A DNA stretch of 64,000 nucleotides from Phyllosticta citribraziliensis (taxonomy: Eukaryota): the NCBI RefSeq assembly GCF_038025025.1, contig NW_027117348.1, positions 1-64,000 of the forward strand, written 5' to 3'. The translations under genes were made by a program, and so were the position numbers. Of the stretch, positions 35,627 through 48,075 are shown piece by piece. Every line of letters begins with the position of its first letter. The first letter of the stretch is position 1. The notes beneath the pieces are model-generated. The model was not told the DNA's origin. It ran no database searches and was given only the letters and a program-made list of their open reading frames with translations.

Positions 35627-36493
35627 GACGCACTCACTCCGCCAGGCTTCATCCCAGTCTTTCACCCGCCCTCTCCCCGCGCGCCGCTTAGCCGCCCGTC
35701 GTCTCCCCGCCTTTCCGCCCGCTTTTGCGCTGCCCCCTGCGATCTTCCCCGCACACGTCCACGCGCTTGAGCGATTGAGCGAGGAATTAAAGACATCGGC
35801 GCCGCGTTGGCGGTGGGGCAGGGTTGGTGGTAAAAGACGCGGTAGGTAGCTTTGAGTTGTTAGGATAGGAGATGAGGGAGGAGGGATAGGTGAAAGAGGA
35901 GTAAAAGAGGTAGAGAGGAGAGGGAATATGATAGCTTATGGGCAATTGATATTTAGGGCCTATGCGCGTAAGGCGTGAAGGTACTTGATATATACAAGGT
36001 AGACTCTCTTACTATTGACAACTTAATTCGCTACCCAGTTGGCGACTCAATCATCAACTCCCTCCTTTGGGGGCTCTCCATCGGCGGTGTCTCCCCCATC
36101 ATCGGCGTTCTACATGTTATCACTAGGAGGTCTCAATTCCATTTCACTCAACACCCTCGAAGCCGCTATGCTGCTTACACTCCGGACTCATCGCACCCCA
36201 GCCTTCGCCTGACCCGCCCTCTCCCCGCCCGTCTACCCGCGGCGCTGCTCCCCGCCTTGTTCCCCGCGCACGCGTTTAAGCGAGCAAGCGAGCGAGCGAG
36301 GGCCGAACGTCGCAGGTGCTTGTTTACCGCGTTGGGCGAGGGTGGTATAAGATGCGGCGGACGGCTTTCGTGCCGGTGGTTGGTGTGATTCTCCTGTTGA
36401 GTCAGACTTGCGAGGACAGTGAACTGAAGACACGAAACGAACAAGAGACTAGGGAAAAGAAGCGTGAAAAGAAAGGGAACAGAGAAGTGAAAG

Positions 36494-37684
36494 ATGGCGT
36501 CATCACTGCTACCGTCGGCGGCAACTCTATCCAAATCCAAATCCAAATCCAACGGCACATCAGCTATCCACACGGCCCCTTCTCCTCCCTCCACGATCTC
36601 GGATCACGACCACGACCACAACAACGATGCCTACGACGCCCTCGTCTCCTCGCTCCCCTCCACCGCCACCGCGCCGCTGTGGGAGCAAATGGCCGCCATG
36701 AACCCGCGCGCCCCCAACCCCTCGAGCGTCCCGCACGTCTGGCGCTACGCGGCCGTGCGGCCGCAGCTACTGGAAGCGGGGCGCGTGGTGCCGGAGGAGA
36801 AGGCAGAGAGAAGGGTGCTCATGTTCGTGAACCCAGGCAGCAAATGGCCGCCGCACACGACCGACACGCTGTACGCGGGCCTGCAGCTGGTGAACCCGGG
36901 GGAGGTGGCGGCGGCACATCGCCATGTCGCCGTGGCCACGCGGTTTGTGATTGAAACGCCCGACGCGCCGTCTCCTTCACTAGAAATAGGAGCAGCTGAG
37001 GGAGAAGGGAAGGACGACGCCGAACCCCAAACAGCCTTCACGGCCATCCAGCGCCGCCGCATCCCCATGGCGCGCCACGACCTCATCGTCACGCCGCGCT
37101 GGACGTGGCACGACCACGGCAACCGCGGCGCCAGCCCCGTCATCTGGCTCGACGGCCTCGATATCCCCGTGTTCCACCGCGTGCCGGTGCACTTCGTCGA
37201 GCACTTTGCCCTGCCGCGGTATCCGGCGAAAGAGGCGCGGCGAGAGGAGTGTGGTTGGGTTGTGCCCTGGGCGCGCATGCAGGCGTGGTTGGATGAGGAG
37301 GCTAAGGGGGGAAGTGATGGCAACGAGACGCGCGACTACGTCGAGCGCCGCTACACGAAGCCCTCTGGTGCCGAGATCACGGCAACCCTCGGCGCACTCG
37401 CCGCGCGTCTGGCTGCCGGCGCCGCCAGTCCTCCAAAGCGCGAGACGGGCAGCGCAGTCTGGCATGTCGTCGCCGGACGCGGACAGACGGTCATGGATGG
37501 GGAGACGCTGCGCTGGGAAGAGGGCGACACGATTGCGGTCCCGGCGTGGCGCGAGTGGCGGCACGTCGCTGACGCGGGTGCGACGGCATATTTGTTCCGC
37601 TTTGATGATTTGCCCATGTTGAGGGCGTTGGGGTGGTACCGGGTTGAGGGGGAGGACGTCGAGGCGTTGGCGGATGAGGAGTGA
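36494..37684 (+). CDS. Gentisate 1,2-dioxygenase (bicupin ring-cleavage dioxygenase)
   Basis: PLW, AERRVL.FVNPG, TDTLYAGLQLVNPGE.A.AHRH, TPRWTWHDHGN, WLDGLD; Fe-binding His residues present. Confidence 0.93.
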   Translation: MASSLLPSAATLSKSKSKSNGTSAIHTAPSPPSTISDHDHDHNNDAYDALVSSLPSTATAPLWEQMAAMNPRAPNPSSVPHVWRYAAVRPQLLEAGRVVPEEKAERRVLMFVNPGSKWPPHTTDTLYAGLQLVNPGEVAAAHRHVAVATRFVIETPDAPSPSLEIGAAEGEGKDDAEPQTAFTAIQRRRIPMARHDLIVTPRWTWHDHGNRGASPVIWLDGLDIPVFHRVPVHFVEHFALPRYPAKEARREECGWVVPWARMQAWLDEEAKGGSDGNETRDYVERRYTKPSGAEITATLGALAARLAAGAASPPKRETGSAVWHVVAGRGQTVMDGETLRWEEGDTIAVPAWREWRHVADAGATAYLFRFDDLPMLRALGWYRVEGEDVEALADEE

Positions 37685-39022
37685 TGAGGATGGCAGGATT
37701 GGTAACGGCTGTTATGTTTTCCCTTCCTTGTAGTGTATTTAAATGGTCCACATGCTTTCTCGATCAGCTTCATCACTTCGCCATCTCTCAAGAACGCGCG
37801 ACTTCCTGTACACGACGTGAACCGATCGAGGTCGAAGACAAAGCCATCTGTCGATTCCTATGGCGGAACGAGCCCGAGGCTTGCGAGCCGATCAGATTCC
37901 TTGCACTGTCTGCATTTGTCTGCGACTGGATGGCCCTCCACGTTTCGAGCGCGGGGGTGGATGGAGTAGAAGCTGCCAGACTATCTGGCTACAGTGAAGC
38001 GTCGGTGACGGCTTTTTTTATTTTCGAGTGGGGAGGCTCTGGTTGCAGGGAAGTGGATCTTGAGTGCGTCCTTGTCGCGATGAATTATTCTTTCAAGGTG
38101 AATTCATGGCAAGGTTGGTCCGACGGGCGTGTGAATTGACAAAAGCGGGGTTTTCGACGACTTGGACGACTTGGAGGCCGAGAAAATAGATTGGGTGCGT
38201 CGCGCGATGTTTTTCCTTCGTTCATCCACGAGGCCAGAGAATTGGACGCAGAAGGTTTGTGTTGAAGCAGAATATCTGTAAGTGGGAAGCAAGGCCCGCG
38301 CCCGCTGGCACGGCCGCATGGCTGACTTTGAAATGTACAGCAAGACGTCAAGGACTCAGAAGCTGCGAGAGCTTTGTGCTGCTCACCAGTTGGTTTTTGT
38401 TGCAGGATGTGGTCTCCGCGCCGCAGACATTCCTTTGGCGCGTGTGTTCGGGCGCGTCACCTCGATTAAACAACCCCACGGCTGCAGCACCTCTTCAGAT
38501 CATGAGGAATTTTTCAGGTTCACCAGTCTTCCAAGCATTTCCATCGCCGAGCCTTCTACAACGTCCAAACCACATCGCACTTCTCCGCAGTGTTGCTGGT
38601 GTCTGCGCGCGCTGCTCACTTCCACCGTTTTCGAACACGCGCGACTTTTTGCGACTAAAAATATGATATGGGCTTTTGACATTTCGGATTGTTACTGGAT
38701 CGTGAGCTGCTGAAGATAGTCCATATCGTTGTTGTTGCATGGGAGAGGAAACGCGCAAAGACGCGTCGAAACATCTGACCACCGTTCCAGCTTTTCGTCC
38801 AAAGCTCTGGATGTATCTCAAGGGACGAGCGATAAAGCACCTGGCAGCACAGAGGGTTTCGAAAGTAATGAGTCCCCCTGGAAATGTGAGGACATTTGGG
38901 GAGCGTTCGAGTCAATTTCGTTTCTGTAAACACATTAAGGACATGCATGATTGATCAGCAGACAAGACAACCGCCAATATTCTTTTGCCAGACACGACTT
39001 GAAGATGATCCCTGTATTCCCC

Positions 39023-42000
39023 TTAGCTGGACCGCCGTTGACTCGAGTTCCGGTGTGGGCGCAATCCGCCTGTTCCTCCCAGAATGATGGCTCCCCTCTC
39101 GTTGCCTTCGAGTATTTTGGGTCCACAAACATTGTTCGCCGAGCCAAGCCAGCTCAGCGAACTTTTTGGAACCAGAGCTTGTGCGCGATGGCATGGCGCC
39201 GCGTCGTGGGAGCATTCAAACGGCCGCTCCGGACAGTGCCAATCGAATTTCTCCAGCGAGAGCGCCTTTCTGTCAATCAGGTCCTTCATGTCCAGCACGT
39301 TGACGGCAATGTAGTCCTTGCCAGACGGCATATCCTTCCACACCGAGCATTCTGCAGACGTCGGGCGAATCAGGTCGCCAAACTCGCGTCCAAAGAGAGC
39401 CACCGCTTGTATCTTTCGAAGGAAAGCCATCCAGCCTTTGCTTGTGGCTCTTAGCTCAGTGAAGCGGCACGGGACAGTGGTTTGCGATTCGCAAATTTCA
39501 GCAAAGTCGTAGCCAGGGAGGGTGTCGGTCGAAATTGGCATGGTGACTTCGTGTCCTGGACTGTACATTTTCTCCTCTTGGATGGTGAAGGCCTTCTCCA
39601 GGTAGTGGATGGCTTCTTCAACGCGATCGCTGAACGTGACCACTGATTCTTCAACTTTTGTTCTTTCAATTGGGCTAGATGCACCGCTTCTTTCAGCGAT
39701 GAACGTTCTTTTTCCGGGGAGGACCGGCAAGGCCATGTTCTCCCTGTCAATGAGTATCGCAAAGGCACGATCTGCCGTTGTTTTTTCCCCGACCATCTTG
39801 AGATCCTCGATTTTCGACAAAAATCTATCACCGATTGCAGTGGATAATTCATACTTCCAAGACGCTATGACGAGATGGAGAAGCGCGCTTGTACCGTTGA
39901 CGAGCCAGCCTCTCCTGTCGTCCACGTCATAGAGCAGAACATATTTCTTGGAGAATCGGAGGACCTGCTGCTCGTACGTTGGACGATACCACAGGTGGAG
40001 CGGCTTGTCTTTGACGCCCATGCAGAATGAGAGTCCGAGGTTGATATATTGGCCGCCTGAGAGACTGAGCTTCTCAAAAATCCATCCTGAGCGCGGTTCC
40101 TCACAAGCTGATCGGGATACAGGGTAATGAGCATCGAGGGACCCTGAGATGGCTTCATTAGCATGGCATCGTCCCCATGTGCAAAGAAGTCTGGATCGGG
40201 GACAGCGGATGCCATGGGAAACACTACCTGTGAAATTTTCGGCCTTCGCACACCAGCCTACCACATTCTTGGGCGCAGCTGCTAGGTCGGATAACCCAAT
40301 TTTCCGCGCATCTTCGTTTTGCAAAGCTTCAATACGCTTGTCGAGGTACGAAATGTATGATCCGTCCTCGTTATACACAAGGTGCCAGGTGATGCAGTTG
40401 TCAACAAGCTTCGTCGGGAACAGGATGGCGGAGAATCCTTTGATGAAGAGCCTGCCGTCAAACTCTGTCACCCGACAAGCTTTGATTAGTGCTGCCATCA
40501 TGTTTAGCGGGATATCCAGGCCAAGTCTGCCCTCTTGCGTGTGTGGAAACCCTTGAACCACCACAGGGCTTCTGAAGAGGCCTTGCCAACAGACTCCCTC
40601 TTGCATTGCGTGCTCGCCTTGCATCTTTTCCTCGCGTTGAACGTAAAAAGACATGTCAATTTCTTCGGCACCTAAATCACTGAGGAGAGGCACGTAATAG
40701 GTGACTCTTTTGAAAGAGGAGGTTTGTAGCGCGGAGCCGATCCAAGCAAGCTGCTCTCCCACATCAGCGACAAAGTATAGAGGACCAGTGACGGTTACGG
40801 TCACTCCCATCCCGTTGTCTTTGGATGCATGGATATGTTTGCCACGTTCCTGCTCTACGCACCGGAGGAGATTAGCATTGTTCAAACGACTGGAAGATAC
40901 GACATACACCGCCAAGTAAATGAGAAGCAGCCTCCAAGTAATTCCAACGAAAAGACCAAATCCGTTTCTCCCCTCCGGGAATGAGATAATGATATAACAC
41001 ATGACTTACTTCTGACAGGCCTGTCTGGATACATTGAGTCTTGCAAGGCTCGTAGGGTCTGAGCGCCTGATTCTGGCCAAAACTGGGTAAGGTATGCTTC
41101 GGTCGTTGTAGCCTGCGCGCTTTTCCCAGAGCCCGTAATCGTGATAGCTGCTGCCAGGGCTTCACCTGGAGATTCCTTGTACTCCTGGCTTTCCAAGAAT
41201 TTGCGTGGACTCCAATTCAGGTGCAGTACTACCTTGGATCGATTGTCGAAGCTGTCAAGACTGCCCAGAATTTCTCCTCTGATTATCCTTCGGACATGGT
41301 CAAAACCATCTCCGTCCTTTGAACTCCATTGGCCGCTCTTGCCACGATCATCCTCCCGGTCTGAGATCCTTGGCTGTAAATACTGGCCTCTGTTCTCGCG
41401 TTCCAAAGAATACTTGGAACTCAAGAAGTTCTTCATCAGGAAGTCTTGTAATTTCGGGGGATTGTAGGTTTCTCTAGTCTGGCCTCCTTTTTCGTGTTGG
41501 ATTAATTCCTCGCGCGCTGAAATTCGCATGGAGAGCGCATCGCTTTTCGTGTCTTGCCTTTCCTTTCCTTTCTTAGCCCGAATTTCTGCACGATAGTCGC
41601 CTCTTGAAGGTTCATATCTCTGGTAGTAGTCGTCCTTAGCTCGCTCTTCTCTCTCATGCATGCGTGCTTCTTCGCGGTCGGCAAGATACTTGGCAAAGGC
41701 TTCGCGCGTTTGCGTATTTTCTTCTGGGCCGTACACTTCTGTGGCGTCTTTCTCGAGCCTTTCCTTCGCTTTTCTAGCCCGAACTGCTGCGCGATAGTCA
41801 CCTCGTGGGGTTTCATATCTCTGGTAGTAGTCGTCCTTGGCTTGTTCTTCTTCCTCATGCTGCTGTACTTCTTCTCGCTCCGGAACTTGCATGGGATCCG
41901 CTTCGTTTTCCGTGCCTTGCTTTCCCGGCGCACCTATCTCAAACTTTTGCGCTGTTTTCCTATTGTCCCGAACAAGTCCGGCAACGAATTTCGAAAAGCC

Positions 42001-42234
42001 GGTGCGTTGTTTTGCTTTCGCGCGTGGCTCATGCATGGCAGCATCCTTGCCATCACGGGGCTTCTTACTTTTCCTGAGCCGACCGCTCTCATAGACATCC
42101 CAGGGCACACCATCGCCTGCCGCGGTGGTTCCAGTGGTATTGTGGACGACTGTGGGGCCATCGTAGCGCCTCAGATCTTTCTCTGAGCCTGGTGCTGGAT
42201 CTGGGTCGCCAGATGGGTTGTGTTGGTCGCTCAT
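39023..42234 (-). CDS. Uncharacterised fungal protein (family often annotated 'Pfs domain protein'); two introns
   Basis: ORFs 40882-42234 and 39023-41002 joined by a GTAAGT(41009)...GCTAAT...TAG intron; motifs ITITGS...AQATT..YL.QFWP, GEQLAWIGSAL, CW..LF.SPVVVQGFP, WLVNGTSALLHLV. Confidence 0.8.
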
Positions 42235-43097
42235 TGTCGCAATCGCTGCTTCGAGAAGAAAACGGGTGAGTCGTCACTCAAGACGGCGGAGGGGCGGATC
42301 ATCCCATAGAAATAGGCGACGCGAACTACAAGGAGACCTGTTGTTCATGCACGTCAGCACGAGGCTGAGTGCGAAAGCCGCAGTAGCACATGTGGACAGC
42401 GCGATTTGAGTGACGTGGAACGATGACTTGCAGCTATGGAGCCGACACCTGAGAAATTTGATTCCAAGAGTCGGATTCGCTTGACAATGAGGAACTGTGG
42501 AGAAAAAAAGGCTTGTAGAATTTGACCTCCTACCCCTTGAGTTGCTGATGACGAGCGTCGCGAGTATCAGAGCTGAGCCCCCTGTTGGCTGACATGAGGC
42601 TGAAGCGAGGCTGTACATATGCATGGACATGCAGAGTTGCGAGTCAGCAGCCAATCGAATTGATCGCCACACGAGGCTGAATTCTTCGACTGCGTCTCTG
42701 CGCCCCAGTCATCATGAGTCCTCTTGTGCAGATTCACAGCCACAGCCACTTACTGCAATGCCCGTCTCCACTCCCTGTGCAACAACAACAACATTCGAGG
42801 AAGCTGTGGATTCCCCACTTGCTTGTGCGCCAGGTTGCCGAAAGACTCCGACGACTGGCAGTCACGAAGAAAGGCTGTTGCAATGCTCCTCGAGTGCAGA
42901 TTTGGTGGCGAATCAATGCTCTCCGACCACAGTGCTAGAAGGTGTCGCACGCGGGGACATGCGAAGCGTCCAAGCAGAAGAGACAGTGCGGATTCAAGCC
43001 TCTAAAAGATGGTGAGCAGAAGGAACGACACCAAAGCCGAACAGCAGCGCGTCTGAGATAGAGACAGGCCAGCAAATCACACACTCGTACCCAACGA

Positions 43098-46000
43098 CTA
43101 AGCCCACCACCCCTGATCCAATCCCTCCAACAACTCCAAATCGACACCGACCCAACTCTTCCACAAATCAATCTCCAAACGCCACGGGCGCGTCGTCATC
43201 ATCCAAGCAGCCGCCATGGTCAAGACCTCGCACTCGTGGCGGTCCTTGCCCACAATCAAGACGCGGTCGCGACGGAAGACGATCTGGTCGCGCAGCTGGG
43301 CGTTGGCGGCCTGGAACGGGGCGAAGCGCAGCGCCAGCGCCTTGTGCATGCTGCGCTCGGCGAACGGCATGTCCTTGGGGACGAACTTCCACTCCCAGGC
43401 GCGGCTGGCCGTGTCGAAGAAGGCGAGGTCGCCGCGCATGCCGAAGCCGAGCATCAGCGGCCAGAAGTGGGCGGCGCTCCAGAGGGAGAGGACTGAGAAG
43501 CAGCAGGTGTCGGCGCCGTTCTTGGCGGCGAACTTTTGCGCCGTCGTGAGCAGCGGCTCCAGCTTGTCTGGGTCGGCAAGGCTGACGCTGAAGCCGTCGT
43601 CCAGCGCGATGCGGTAGTCGATGAAGAGGTCCGGCGTCGCGCGGCCCGGCTCCTGCAGCGCGGCCGTGAAGGCTTCAGCGTCGTTGTCGTAGTGTGGGCA
43701 GATGACGCCGCCGCGGTAGAGGTAGGCCAGGGCGGGCCGGATGGTGAGGTCCCACTCGGCGGGCATGTGCTCAAAGGGGGGTTGACGAGGGTTTCTTCTG
43801 ATGATTGCATCGACGGGGGCCCATTGCTCCCGGGGGCGTTTGGCGTTGCTCAGGGAGGATCGCGAGTCTGAAGGGAGCGTCCTGGCGCGCGCCGTCTGGT
43901 TGAGAATGAGCGATTCTTTGAACAGTGAACCACTGGGAGTGGCGAGGAACTCGTCGCGCTTGGAGGCGGAAAAGAAGAGCGTCGTCATGTTGATGGCGCG
44001 GCGCATGTCGGTGTAGATGCGGCGGTCGCAGTCGGGGGTGACGTGCAGCCAGGCGAGCATCTTGAACGTCTTGGTGGCGCACTCGATGGTGGCCTGCGTA
44101 TTGGACGGCTCGCGGCGCATCCAGTAGTCGAAATCCCAGAGAACGGACACGGCTTCCTCCCAGAGGGCGGGGGCGTTGGTCGTCAAGTCGGCGCGGTGCC
44201 AGCCGTCTTTGAAAGCTTCACATTGTCAGCCAGTTTCCCGTGCAATCTAGCAGATTCTTACCAAAGGCTTTTTCCTTGTCCAGCTGAGTGTCCAACTCGT
44301 ACGCCATCTGTCGGTCCAGGGCGGAAGGATTGCGCATCGAGGCCAAGTTCATCTTGCCCACGCCCATGGCTTGCGAATCGTATCCCGGGTCAATCAGGCG
44401 GTAGTGGGTCTGAGGCTCCACGCCCATCGCCGTGTTGGTCTGGACCGCAGAGAGAGCTGTTCCCATGTCGCTGGATCCCTGGAGACTGCCACCGCTGGCA
44501 ATTTGCTGGTCAAAGTGCGCCCCAAACGCCAACTTGCCATACTCCTTCATGGCCACGGCTGCCCCGTCGTAGTTGTGGAAGACGATCTGCATGTACGTGT
44601 TGAAACTGGCCCACGACTTGTGTCTGAACTTCCGAATGGGAAGGCCAGCTTCACGGAGCTTCTTGATCAACATCGGGTCCGGAGCAGAGTCTTCCTCGTC
44701 CCAGTCGTCCTCTTCAGACTCGTCCACGCAATCCGAGTCGCAGTCGAGTTCCTCGGGATCGATGTCGTTGGCAAAGTTTTCAATATTGAAGCCGCCCTGC
44801 TCAAACTGTTCAATCGTGCGGCCCTGGTCCGCCAGCATGGGCGTGTCGTCCTCTTGCTCGTCTTCGACAGGGTCTTCGACGTCGCTGATGCGGAGGTCTT
44901 CGAGAGACAGCCCCGTATTCTCCCACGGAAACAAAATCTCGTCTTCCAGTCTGTCGGCCTCGGTGTAAGCGAGCGTCGCGGGCAAGTTCTCCGAGAAACC
45001 GTCTCCAGTGACGCCTGTGCGAACTTCGTCCACGGTGAGGGCCTGGATGATGTTTCTGGTGGTGCCGTCCTCGAAGCTGTCGGCGATGCTCATGCCGCCG
45101 GCTTCAATCTCCTCGGGGAAGAGATCTCTCACGCGGTTGGTGCTTGGCTCCTGCCGGATGGTTCTCAGGACGGGCATGGTGGAGCGGTAAAAGTCATTGA
45201 TCTTGGTGCAGCGAAGCGCCTTGACATACGCCGTGTGGACACCATAGGAAAGGGTAGAAAAGTGTTGGCCCGGGTCGAGGTCCCAGACGCAAATGTCGTA
45301 GTAGTCGCGGAACCCGAAGCTCCACTTGCGCTGCTTGTCCAGGTCTTCAAACAGCTCTGGGCCGACCTTTTTGAGGACGTTCCACTCACTTCTGCTCGCC
45401 CGTCCAAAGCCGTTCTTTTCTCACAGCAGCCAGAGCTCGTCTCGTGGCGGCTGGACCAGCACTCGTCCCGTCTTGACGTCGCGAGCAAAGATGACCAGCC
45501 GGTTCGACATCAGGGCCAGATACTGGATGAAACGACGCGAGACGGGGTCGTCACGCTTGACATGGCCGCAAATAAAGTTGCGCGCCTCCAGGGCAGCGTG
45601 TTGTCTGCGTCCAGGGGCATGCCTCGGGGTCTGGTGGTGACCAGTCACCTTGTCAGCGCCGTCGAATTTGTAGTACGTGAAGAAGCCGAGGGTCATCAAC
45701 TGTTTGACAAATTGGTCGTCGCCCCACGTTCCCCACGCGCCGGCAGGGAAGTACTTGTGCAGGGCCAGGGCACTGAGCTCGAAGAACTCGTCCCAACTCT
45801 TGCACAGGTGGATGGCGTCCTCCAGAGAGCTGTCCTTGGCGATGATGCAGAACTGCAGCCATCCGCGGCGCGTCATTGCCTTGTTGGAGGGATAGTTGTA
45901 GATCCACTTGCCGCACACCTTGACGCGGATCTTGCGGACGACGTACTGCCCCGAGTCGTCAATGTCGCCAAAGTCGACCAGCGTGCCTTGGCCGTCTTGT

Positions 46001-47460
46001 GCAGCAATTTGCTTCCTCTTTTTATTGAGATTCTTCTCACGTTCCGTCTGGAAATGGCGCGGTATCGCAGTGGCTAGCATCCCCACTGGCATGTTGCGCG
46101 GCTTCGCAACCCGGTCTTCCTCGTCGTCGTCTTCTTCGTCGTCATCACGGCCGAGATCAGCACACGCGTCGCGAATCTCCTGGAGACCGGGCTGCTCCAT
46201 CTTGAGGCACAGATCGCGCAAGTCGGTGTTGTTGACTTCCTCGTCGGCGAGGAACTCGTCAATGGTATTGGCACGGAGTGCAGCCGGCAGCAATGCAGCG
46301 TGAGACAGCAGCAAGCGGCAGAAGAGGAGATGCTTGATTTCAACCACCTGGCCGAGCAGCATGTTGACTTCGCGGTCGGACAGGGGCGCCGTCTTGTCAC
46401 TCCACGGATTGTCAATGGTGCCCATGGCCGCCAACCCCACAGTTCTCTTGATGTGCTCGCCCTCTTCCAGTCGCTTGCGCATCTCGGCGGCGGATTCAAT
46501 GTGCACGTCTCCGGGCCTTGGCTGTTCTGGCTTGGGGTTGCTGGCCTCGGCCACCTTTGCCTTTCTCTTTGCATTCTTCTTTGCGCTCTTGCTCTTGGGC
46601 GTCTCGGGCTGGCTTGTTTGTGCCGTGTTGCCAGTAGCATCCGCCAGGGGCTGGCGCGAGGGCCCTCCCTGGGCATTGGCAGCCGCATCAGCTTCCTGCC
46701 ACAAGAAGTGCTTGATGAGATCGATATAGCTGCCACGCTCGTCCTCAACGACATCATCGATGGGATCCCACTCCATGTCGTCGCTGTCATCATCGGCATC
46801 AAGCTGCTGGCGCTCCTGCCAGGCCTGATCCAAGAATTCCTGCTGCCTCTTCTCTTCCTCCCTCTTGCGCAGATCGCGCATGCGCCTCTCAACCTCCTTC
46901 CAGTGTCGCCTGAACAGCGCGGCCTCTTGCTTGACCTTCTTCTTCTCCGCCTCGCGCTGTTTCTCCTCCTCGTCCTCGAGATGGCGGACCCAGTTGAACC
47001 ACTTGCGCTTGCTGTACAGCACCTCGGCGGTGCGTCGTTCGAGGCGTTCGAGGGCGCGCAGGACCGAGGCTTTTTGGCCAGACAGTTGATCGAGGTACTG
47101 CTGGTGGCCGTAGTCGAAGTTGACGGCGTGGAAGCGGCTGGTGTGCAGTTTGCGGGCCCGGATGACCCTGTCCAGCAGGGCGTGGCGGTAGAAGAGGTGG
47201 GCATGGAGCTGCTTGAGCTCCTCGACGTCGTCAACGTCTCGGAAGGCAATCTGATTCAGCGATTCTTTCGTCCTCTGCAGGTACGGGGGAGGGTTGGCCA
47301 CGATGGCGTCGAGTTCGGCGTTGCGTCGCTTGTAGCCCTTGTAAAGGCCGTGGGCCTGGCGGGCGTGGAACCGACAGAACAGGCCAAAGGCATAGCTGTG
47401 AGCGGCCTCAGAGCAAGGACTCTCGTCGGAGAGGTTCAGGACCTGGCATTGGGGCGCCAT
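43098..47460 (-). pseudogene. Large hypothetical gene (~1440 codons, one intron 44216-44261) interrupted by one in-frame TGA at 45421-45423
   Basis: ORFs 45421-47460 and 44218-45177 share a frame, and the frame is open between them except for the TGA (WLL*EKNGFGRASRSEW); the intron joins AF|AFKDGWHRADL to ORF 43098-44186. Confidence 0.75.
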
Positions 47461-48075
47461 GATGGCGGTCCGATGGATGGTTGTGAAGTGAGTGGTGGGG
47501 TGAGGAGAGTTGTCGGTCTGAAATGTAGACTCGAGGGAGCTTGGGCCACCTCTCCCAACGCGTCAACGCGTCTCCGGGACACTCGAATCGTCGATATCCA
47601 ACCTTTTTCTCGCATCTACAGGGGCAATCTGACAACTTTTGTTTCAATTTTTTGGATAAATAGATCCCCGCGGCCCTTTGCGGACTCTCTTTCCGGATCT
47701 CTATGCCAACAACCGACGCGTTTTCTCGCGTCAAAACGGTTTCCCGTGTGTTTACTGTAAACACCCGACACGGAATTGATATCCCTCCCGCCACAAAACC
47801 AGATCGCGATGATCGAATGGCTTCATGGCAATTCTAGCCGTCAATGAGCTTCTCCTTGGTCCGAATTGAACCGAGCAAGTCGTTCCACTCGTTTGGAAGC
47901 TCTGCAGTCAGGCATCAAGCGAGGCCTGTGGACAGAAAAGGGGACCTTTTGCACTGATTCTGGGCAATTTGAGGATTTTTAGTGAAGGACCAAATGCCCC
48001 CTGGACGGAGGATAGGGTTATCTAACCAACAGACTCACGCGCAACTCTCCGATTTCCTCCACGCCGTAGAAAACC

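Noticed and set aside
16951..37684. Secondary-metabolite biosynthetic cluster interpretation
   Set aside because: No PKS, NRPS, terpene synthase or RiPP precursor in the window; the dioxygenase plus FAH pair points to catabolism
44371..47760. Long plus-strand ORFs (568 aa, 486 aa)
   Set aside because: Antisense shadows of the GC3-biased minus-strand gene; no protein-like features
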